From Prasinococcaceae sp. CCMP 1430 (lineage: Eukaryota; Plantae; Prasinodermophyta), in the NCBI GenBank assembly GCA_013416795.1, contig RQSC01000397.1:81327-94135 (forward strand): a DNA stretch of 12,809 nt. Direction: 5' to 3'. Every line of letters begins with the position of its first letter. Within the stretch, counting starts at the first letter, position 1. Below the pieces are notes generated by a model. It did no database searches. It worked only from the letters and a program-made list of their open reading frames with translations, and was not told the DNA's origin. The position numbers and the translations under genes are program-made. Shown piece by piece: positions 1 through 6,616 of the stretch.

Positions 1-204
1 CTCGGGCGACCACCGCAGCGCCCCGCGCCGGCGAGGCCCGCCGCGCGCGCGCGCGCGGTGTGGCGCATGCAGGGCGTGTGCCACACGCCCGGAGGCCAAC
101 GCGGATGCAGATTCAGGTTTGCACTTGGAATTGTCTGAAATTCGGTCACTGCATGCATGCGCACGTAGATTTAGACTTGGGCGGGTGGGGGCTGGTTGGA
201 AGGG

Positions 205-3200
205 ATGGCGTGCGATGGGGGCTTCGAGCTTGCCGGCGGAGCGTGCGCGTGCGCCGCCGGCCGCGTGTGGTCGGCGGCGCTTGCGGCGTGCGCCGCCGCG
301 CCCTCCGCCGCGGCGAACGGCTCGTGGTTCGAGGCGGAGGTGGTGCCGCCGCTCAAAGACCCGCCGCTGCAGTCAAGGAACGCCGGCGAGGCGGTGGTGC
401 TGCAGGGAACGCTCACGCTCATGTCGCTGTGGCTGGCGCTTACGCTCGCGCTGCGCTTCGCGCCGCTGCGCGGCAAGTGGCTGCGCGCGCGCTTCATCGT
501 CAGCCAGTGCGACCTCCTCTTCCACTCGCACCACTGGGTGGACCCACAAAAGGTGCTGGCCAAGCGGCGGACAGAGCTCGGTGGCGCGTTCACCATCGCC
601 GTCTGGATCTCGTTCATAGGCTTCGCGCTGGGCACCCTCTACGAGCAGGTGGCGGTCGAGTCCCCAGTCTCCAAGTCTGTGCGAGACACCACCTTCGCCG
701 ATATCCAGCAGTGGACCGTCTCGCTGGACGCGCACGCCGTGCCGCTTGGCGGCGGCACGAGCTGCGGCCAGCTTGTAGGGGCCTCCGTGAGCGGCCTCAG
801 TGCCGACGCAGCCGACGCATCAAGCACATGGGGGTGCGAGGACACCGACGCCGGCGCGCTGGTCTCCTTCGCGTGCGAGCGATGCACTCTCACGCGCACG
901 GCCGCGCGCATCTCGCTGAGCTTCGCCGGTGAAGGCGTACAAGCGGATGGCGTCGAGTGGGAGGTGTGCTCCCCGGCGCCGCTAGGGCACAGGATTGCGT
1001 GCACACGTGGGGCGGAGCACTCGGACCGACCGCTCGCAGGCGACGAGCCCACCGAGATTTCGACGCGGCTGGTGCCAGAGGTCATCTACGCTTCCGGCGA
1101 GCTCGCCGAGCAGCTGTACCAGCTGCGCCTGTCCGAAGTGGCGCCAGCCGTGGGTGGTGCGGCGGGGGCGTTCAGCGTCGATCTGATCGTTGAGCTAGAG
1201 AGCGACTGGCTCATTCTGCGCACCAAGGACAGCTCAACCGACGGTTTCGTCACATTCCTGTCCAAACTGGGTGGCCTGTGGACGCTGTGCCTCACCGTGT
1301 TTATGCTCGTGCTCACGCAGAGCGAGGTGCACATCCACAAGCTCAGATACGACGACAAGCTGCTCATTGGACTCGAGCGTCAGCGACGTACCGTCCAGAA
1401 ATGGGAATACGTCGTTGGAGAGCTCATGCACTCCAACTTTGTGGCAAAGCGTGCGCGGCTTGAGCAACAGGTCCGCAGGCGCAGGGAGTCGCTGATGGGC
1501 GAGGCCGCTGGCTTAGTACGCGCGCGCGCCGACCGCCAGCGCTTGCGCGGCGCGGGGGCCCTCGATGTGCTGCGCTCCATTGGCACGGGGATCATGAACT
1601 GGACGTCGCCGCGAACGCCGCGAACACCGGGCACGCCGGGCACGCCTGAGTCTGCCGGCTTCGAGCGTGTGCGCTTCACCCTTGCACGCCGCGAACGCCA
1701 GGGGTACGTCCTCCGTCGGTCGCTCGAGTTCGAGCGCGCGCGCGCGCGCGCTAGTGCGTCACCGACATCGAGCTACGGCGGCGATGACGCCACGCCAACG
1801 ATGGGCGAGCCGCTCTCGCCGCCCGACATGGGCGGCAAGGCGGTCGCTCAAGCGCTCTCTGACCGCACTAATCTTCAGTCGGTTGAGGAGGCCGCCGATG
1901 CGGCCATGCACGCGCTCAGGGAGCCGCTCGCCCAGCGCTCCCAGGCTTCGAGAGGCATGGGTGCAGCGCACCCACCTCTACGGCATCCCGGTGGCGCAGC
2001 AGGCGCGGCACTCACACCCGTACCAGCTCCCGGTGGCCATTCCCCAGAGCAGGTGCACAGGACGCGCCGGCCACCATCGATGGAGGCGCAGGAGATGAGC
2101 CTGCTGAGCTCGCAGGCAATCGCATTCCTCAGCGCCGCCGAGCGCGCTACCTCGCTCGCTGCTCTCGCTGGCGGAGACGTGAGCATCCGCCAGCAGGAGC
2201 ACGAGCACGAGCACGAGCACGAGCATGAGCCGTCTCCCTCGCCGGCGCGAGGCGGTGAGATGGATCCCCCGCCGAGCCCACCGGCTCCGGGCGAACGATC
2301 GCTGGCACCTGCGACGCTGCCTACGTCGCCGCTATCGCCCGGCGACATTGACCTGTATGATCTCGCGTATGGCCACCGGAACGGCGGCGGTGACGATGAC
2401 GGCAGATCGCCATTCGATCTGCCACAGCCTGAGGAGTGCGCGTCGCCCAGCATATCACCGCTCGCCAGGCCGCGGAGCGTAATCGCCGGGCGGCAGCAAA
2501 GGCACGCCGGCGGAGGGGATGTTCACGGGCGGGCTGATCACCGTGGCCTCCAGGAGGGAGCGCAGCGAGCTCCACGACACTCTCATGCCCACGTGCAGGG
2601 ATTGCCGCCCCTGGGCGAACGCGCAGAATCAGTGAGCGTCACCATGGACGGGGGCATCGGTGAAGGCATGCACAGACAGGTGTCGGTGATGAGCGAGCTA
2701 TCGTTCGACACGCCGTCGCCGCTGCCCATCGGGAACGGATCAGGCGAAAGCCCGGATCTTGGTGCGCAGCTGGACAACCGCTTCGTTGGCGTGCGCGACA
2801 GCGCCCACCATGCAGGTGAAAAGGGCAGAGCCACCAACGCGCAATCGATCATGTCCAAGCTCGTGCCGTGGGTTGTACCGCCGAGCGGTCGGCGCGAGGC
2901 GACGGCGGCTGGGCCGCCGGCTACAACGCTGAGAGGCAAGTACGCCGAGGGGGAGCAGCGCGGCGCCGAAGGTGCCACGGCGCGCAAGCGCCCGCCGCCT
3001 GAGCTCATTCGCAGCATCGCGCTGGGCAAACGCGGCTTCAGCGCACTCATGGAGCAGGCGGAAGAAGCCTTCAAAAACACAGACTCGCCATCAAAGCTGG
3101 CGGAGACTGTGAAGGTGCTCGCGGAGGACGTGACCATTATGCAGAAGGACATCGTGGTCACGCGCGCATTGGTAAGCGACATCGCGGGGCGCCTCCGGCC

Positions 3201-3291
3201 GCATCTGGACCTTCCCTTCTACAGTGTGGGTGGGGAGATCGGCGAGGAGCTCGAGGACGACGAGCAGGCCTTGTGCGGCGCCGCGCGGTGA
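205..3291 (+). CDS. Uncharacterised multi-pass membrane protein of the green lineage (1028 aa): three TM segments, a Cys-containing loop, a long disordered C-terminal tail and a terminal coiled coil
   Basis: Open frame; the first ATG is at 205 (the track's 196 start is TTG). N-terminus MACDGGF..C.C..G. Hydrophobic segments at ~391-459, ~577-642 and ~1246-1314. The motifs 'SQCDLLFHSHHWVDPQKVLAKRRTELGGAFTIAVWISFIG', 'LSKLGGLWTL..QSEVHIHKLRYDD' and C-terminal 'MQKDIVVTRALV' match my recollection of an uncharacterised land-plant family (W.d..k...kRkTELGG.FsiasWI.FIG; AT5G16520-like, identifier from memory and unverified). Confidence 0.85.
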   Translation: MACDGGFELAGGACACAAGRVWSAALAACAAAPSAAANGSWFEAEVVPPLKDPPLQSRNAGEAVVLQGTLTLMSLWLALTLALRFAPLRGKWLRARFIVSQCDLLFHSHHWVDPQKVLAKRRTELGGAFTIAVWISFIGFALGTLYEQVAVESPVSKSVRDTTFADIQQWTVSLDAHAVPLGGGTSCGQLVGASVSGLSADAADASSTWGCEDTDAGALVSFACERCTLTRTAARISLSFAGEGVQADGVEWEVCSPAPLGHRIACTRGAEHSDRPLAGDEPTEISTRLVPEVIYASGELAEQLYQLRLSEVAPAVGGAAGAFSVDLIVELESDWLILRTKDSSTDGFVTFLSKLGGLWTLCLTVFMLVLTQSEVHIHKLRYDDKLLIGLERQRRTVQKWEYVVGELMHSNFVAKRARLEQQVRRRRESLMGEAAGLVRARADRQRLRGAGALDVLRSIGTGIMNWTSPRTPRTPGTPGTPESAGFERVRFTLARRERQGYVLRRSLEFERARARASASPTSSYGGDDATPTMGEPLSPPDMGGKAVAQALSDRTNLQSVEEAADAAMHALREPLAQRSQASRGMGAAHPPLRHPGGAAGAALTPVPAPGGHSPEQVHRTRRPPSMEAQEMSLLSSQAIAFLSAAERATSLAALAGGDVSIRQQEHEHEHEHEHEPSPSPARGGEMDPPPSPPAPGERSLAPATLPTSPLSPGDIDLYDLAYGHRNGGGDDDGRSPFDLPQPEECASPSISPLARPRSVIAGRQQRHAGGGDVHGRADHRGLQEGAQRAPRHSHAHVQGLPPLGERAESVSVTMDGGIGEGMHRQVSVMSELSFDTPSPLPIGNGSGESPDLGAQLDNRFVGVRDSAHHAGEKGRATNAQSIMSKLVPWVVPPSGRREATAAGPPATTLRGKYAEGEQRGAEGATARKRPPPELIRSIALGKRGFSALMEQAEEAFKNTDSPSKLAETVKVLAEDVTIMQKDIVVTRALVSDIAGRLRPHLDLPFYSVGGEIGEELEDDEQALCGAAR
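2197..2229 (+). repeat. Coding hexanucleotide microsatellite (GAGCAC)4-GAGCAT-GAG encoding (EH)5E
   Basis: Read directly from the sequence; in frame in gene 1. Confidence 0.95.
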
Positions 3292-3453
3292 GGATGGCAG
3301 GACGTACCTTCGAAGACTGGCACGCATTGACAGCGAATTATTTTTGATGACTATCGGGACGATCGCACTGACTGATGATCTCAAGGAATTTTACCCGACC
3401 GTCGCGTCTAGTCGCGATTCTGGCGTAGAGAGCACGCGCCGCACATCGCCGCC

Positions 3454-5397
3454 TCAGCGCAGCCTGAGGCGCACGCGGCTTCGCCGCGTCGGCGTCTCGG
3501 GCTCGTCGCCGAGCGTGGTCGAGAGGGCCTGTCTGGCCGCGGCACCAGGCCCGACCTGCCGGCCAAGCATCCGCACGCGCTGCCTCGACGCGGGCTCGGT
3601 CGGCGTGTCAAGCACCGCGGCGGGGGCAGTGCGCGTCCGAAACAAGCTCGCGGGACGCTCCTTGCGCGCGCTCGGCCTGACAGGAGTCTGCACGCGCGAC
3701 AGTGCAGGTGTCGCGGCCTTAGACTTTGCCCCGAACTCCTCGAGCACCGCCGCGGCGGTCGGTTCGCCATCTCCACGCAGCTTGGCCCGCTCGAGGCGCG
3801 TGCGCGCGCGCTCGATGACGCCATCGAGCTCCGCCGCTTCGATCTTCGCGCGCGCACGGCGCTCCTCCTTGGTCCGCGGATCGACAATCGCCTTGGCCTT
3901 CGCAGCAGCCCTACTGCGCGGCGCACGCGAGCTGTGCACGAGAGTGTTCAGGCGGATCTTGAGCTGGCCGCCCACCTCGGTGTCGAGACCGAACCGGCTG
4001 AGCGCCTGCTCTGCGGGGACGTACCCCTCCGGCATTTCCACGTACCGCGGGTCCTTGAGACCTGGCGCGCCGCCCAAAAAGAAGCGGAAGAGCTGATCCT
4101 CGACGGTGCCCTTGGGCCGCCACGCGTCCACCACGACGATGCGCGTGCCCCGCATCCCCGGCGTGTGCTCCACGGGCACGTACGCGTACCCCTCCACGCG
4201 GTACCTGTCCCAGCGGTCGTATGAGCTCACTTTCAGGACAAGCGTGGGGCGCTTCGCAGTCGGGTACGTCTCGCACTCGAGCTCGAATTCCAGCGGGTGG
4301 CCGAAGTGGTGCAGCGGCACTCCCTCGTGCGACTTCGTCGAGGCACTGCACTGCGTGACACCTGAGAGTGGCGTAGCCTCGCAAGAGGCGGCAAGCGTCC
4401 ACGGCGCCGCGACCTCGGGGTCCTTGCACGCCGAGGGGCCGCCGTCGAGGACCAACCCCCACTCGACCATCACCCCGCGCGCGCGAAAGCCTTTCGCTGC
4501 CACAATCTCCGCACACATGAGCATCCGCGCGGCGTCCGGCCCGGTGCCAGCTGGGCGCTCGATCGTGCCCCTGCGCAGTGCTTGCCTGCGCAGCGCGGCG
4601 ACGCGCGCCTCAGCGCTGCTGGCCAACAGGCGCTGTTTTGCGTCAACCACGCTGGGCGCCTCGTCTGCATCGTTGGTCAGAGTGTACTCGTACACTCCGC
4701 CTCCCGCCGCCATGAAGCGGTAGCGCTGGCCCTCCCGGCAGAAGCCGGGCCGCATGTCGAAGCTGCCGTCAGCATAGGCCTTGAGCGTGCACAACACGCG
4801 TTCCTCTTGCTGCTGACTGACGTCGACGGTCACCTCACCCTCGGTGGCGCGTGCTGGGCTCGCGCCGCTCACAGGGAGCGACGCCACGATGTGCATGGTC
4901 TGTTTGCGGCGCACGTCGTGCCGCAGCTTCTCCCCGGACGAGAGCGCGCGCGCGGCCAGCGCGCCGCCGTCCGCGCCGCCACTGTCGCGCTCTGAACTCG
5001 TCACGCGCCGCCGGCGTTCCTCCCGCTGCGTGAACTCGTCGGCGTGCACGTAGGTGAACACACGGCTGCCCTTCTCGCCATTGAGCGCCACTTCCTCCTT
5101 GTACCGCCTGTCGAGCACGCCCATCGGCTCCTGCAGCGCGTGCAGCCGCGCGACCTCGTTGGGCCCGAAGACTTTCTGCTGCCATTGCAGGAACACCGGC
5201 GCCTCGCTGTCCACGGCGGCCACGGCGTCCGCACCAGAGCCCTGCTCCTGCGGGTCAGCGCCCGCCGGCGCCGCACCCTCCGCCGCGGCGCCCGCCGGCA
5301 CGCCCACGCCGCCGACGCGGCGCAGCTCGACGCGCACGCGCAGCTGGCTGATGGGGTCGCAGCTCTTGTAGTGCACGGTCTTCTCCATCGCAGCCAT
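3454..5397 (-). CDS. MKS1: Meckel syndrome type 1 protein (B9-C2 domain ciliary transition-zone protein), 647 aa
   Basis: N-terminal 'YKSCDPISQLRVRVELRRV' resembles MKS1 'YRSRDPV.NLRLRVHL'. B9 domain at ~4524..4059: 'CAEIVAAKGF', 'HHFGHPLEFEL', 'VSSYDRWDRYRVEGYAY', 'AWRP', 'LFRFFLGGAPGL', followed by 'FGLDTEVGGQLKIRLNTLVHS'. Start taken as the ATG at 5397 (GCCATGG context; alternative ATG at 5388). The upstream extension in the track is a non-ATG read through GC repeats and an N. TGA stop at 3456-3454. Confidence 0.92.
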   Translation of the reverse strand: MAAMEKTVHYKSCDPISQLRVRVELRRVGGVGVPAGAAAEGAAPAGADPQEQGSGADAVAAVDSEAPVFLQWQQKVFGPNEVARLHALQEPMGVLDRRYKEEVALNGEKGSRVFTYVHADEFTQREERRRRVTSSERDSGGADGGALAARALSSGEKLRHDVRRKQTMHIVASLPVSGASPARATEGEVTVDVSQQQEERVLCTLKAYADGSFDMRPGFCREGQRYRFMAAGGGVYEYTLTNDADEAPSVVDAKQRLLASSAEARVAALRRQALRRGTIERPAGTGPDAARMLMCAEIVAAKGFRARGVMVEWGLVLDGGPSACKDPEVAAPWTLAASCEATPLSGVTQCSASTKSHEGVPLHHFGHPLEFELECETYPTAKRPTLVLKVSSYDRWDRYRVEGYAYVPVEHTPGMRGTRIVVVDAWRPKGTVEDQLFRFFLGGAPGLKDPRYVEMPEGYVPAEQALSRFGLDTEVGGQLKIRLNTLVHSSRAPRSRAAAKAKAIVDPRTKEERRARAKIEAAELDGVIERARTRLERAKLRGDGEPTAAAVLEEFGAKSKAATPALSRVQTPVRPSARKERPASLFRTRTAPAAVLDTPTEPASRQRVRMLGRQVGPGAAARQALSTTLGDEPETPTRRSRVRLRLR

Positions 5398-5586
5398 GGC
5401 GCGCGCTCGGCGCCCCCCCAGCGCTTTTGCGGAGGGGGGCCGGACGAGCGGGCGGAGCGCGCCGCTGCGCGGAGTGGCGCCCTCCCAGTGCTCCCCACTG
5501 CCCACCCCCTGCGCGCGCACGCCCCTGCGCCGCGCCGGGTCGCCCCCCGGTCCCCTGTGCGCCGAACGCGCACATTTGAAAAATTT

Positions 5587-5662
5587 GCGCGCGCGCGCGC
5601 GCGCGCGGCCGGGGAACGCGGCGCCGCCGNCGCGCGCGCGGCCGGGGAACGCGGCGCCGCCG
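5587..5662. repeat. (GC)10 tract plus a duplicated ~32-bp unit flanking a single N (probable scaffold join)
   Basis: GCGCGCGCGGCCGGGGAACGCGGCGCCGCCG occurs immediately before and immediately after the n at 5630. Confidence 0.85.
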
Positions 5663-5812
5663 CTCGCCCCCCCCCAACCAGACTGGAGCCCGCGCTCCGC
5701 AAAGTCCGCGCCGTCGCCGATGAGCCCGCGCACTCCCCGCTTCAAAACGCGGGGCCAATTTCAGCGCGAGACGCTCCCGGCGTTTTCGGTGCGCCCCCCC
5801 CGGCCCCATTCT

Positions 5813-5830
5813 AAAAAAAAAAAAAAAAAA
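5813..5830 (+). repeat. Poly(dA) tract, A18
   Basis: 18 consecutive A in an otherwise very GC-rich intergenic region. Confidence 0.95.
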
Positions 5831-6160
5831 GTGCTCCCTACTCATCCCGCCCCGCCGCGAGGCCAGTCAGGGCCGATCGCGCGACACTGCGAACGCAGGT
5901 CAACCAACCGACCGGTCGCGCGCGCGCCGTCGCCTCGTTTTCGTTTTTGCGGGGCCCGTTTTCGCGATGAAACGAAGGGGGAAACATCTCGCAAATAAAA
6001 AAGTGCGTCGCGCATTGCGTGTTCGGACGTGGATCTGCGGAAGGGCCCGGGCGCGTGCGCGTGTCCCCCCGCACGCCTCTTTTTGGGGGCCATTTCCCAA
6101 GACAAAATGAGATGAAATCCATCGCAAATAAAAAAGTGTCTGTTTGGCGTGGCGTTCCCC

Positions 6161-6188
6161 CGCGCGCGCGCGCGGCGCGCGCGCGCGC
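6161..6188. repeat. Alternating CG tract (CG)7(GC)7
   Basis: Read directly. Similar tracts occur at 42-57, 1734-1751 and 5587-5606. Confidence 0.9.
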
Positions 6189-6616
6189 CTTCGATTTGAC
6201 CGCTGCCCCGCGCGCCCCGCCGCTGTGTCGCCCGCGGGCGACACCGCGGGACCGAGCGCCTCCGCCGTTTGTCGAGACACGCAGTCGCACGTCAAAATTC
6301 GCGGGGAAGGAGGCCGAAATTGGAGCGCCCCGCGGCGCGACGCCGAGCCGCGCAGGGCGCGGCCACCGGCAGCTTGGGCCGGGCGGGGCGTGCGAGGAGA
6401 GGCGAGGGGAGCAAGCAAGGGATGGGACTGGACGGCGACAGGGGTAGAGAGAGGGCGGAGGAGGTGCCACAGCGCGCACGCGCGCAGTTCCGCGCGGGGC
6501 GGGGGCTGCGCGCGAACACCGTCCGGACCGCGGCCCGAGGCCGCAGCTTGGCCGGGCGGGCGGCGCGTTGCCGGGCGGGCGTGGTCGGGAGGGGAGGGCA
6601 GGGGAGGGCGGCGGTC

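Larger units (their letters stand above)
5398..6616. promoter_or_regulatory. Divergent intergenic region holding the promoters and 5' leaders of MKS1 and EML
   Basis: Lies between head-to-head ATGs and contains short A/T tracts (e.g. 5576-5586, 5937-5963, 5994-6002, 6126-6135) absent from the flanking CDSs. Transcription start sites cannot be located from sequence alone. Confidence 0.65.

Noticed and set aside
117-168. Possible 52-nt 5'-UTR intron (CAG|GTTTGC...CACGTAG)
   Set aside because: The donor is weak, there is no clear branch point, and no reading-frame constraint is available to test it.
3344-3470. Box C/D snoRNA or hammerhead-like words (TGATGA 3345 and 3373, CTGA 3368) in the short convergent intergenic region
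   Set aside because: There is no properly placed terminal D box or terminal stem, D' and C' abut directly, I recognise no rRNA-complementary guide, and no stem II plus GAAA follows CTGATGA.
3450-3471. 8-bp hairpin CGCCTCAG/CTGAGGCG covering the MKS1 TGA stop (readthrough or selenocysteine signal?)
   Set aside because: Short GC stems are common at this composition, no SECIS is visible, and there is no conserved-looking sequence past the stop.
5598-5662. Tandem 32-bp duplication around the N at 5630
   Set aside because: An identical unit on both sides of a single N is the signature of overlapping contig ends joined in scaffolding, so it is not treated as a biological repeat.
5398-5745. 116-aa N-terminal extension of MKS1 in the ORF track
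   Set aside because: It has a non-ATG start, runs through GC microsatellite and an N, is low in complexity, and MKS1 similarity begins only after the ATG at 5397.
5735-5754. CCCCGC-TTCAAAAC-GCGGGG hairpin resembling a tRNA T-arm or B box
   Set aside because: The loop is 8 nt, the G53-C61 pair is missing, and there is no cloverleaf or A box.
6269-6616. N-terminal extension of EML from TTG 6269 or ATG 6422
   Set aside because: The translation is Arg/Gly/Ala low-complexity text typical of a GC-rich leader. ATG 6422 cannot be fully excluded without transcript data.
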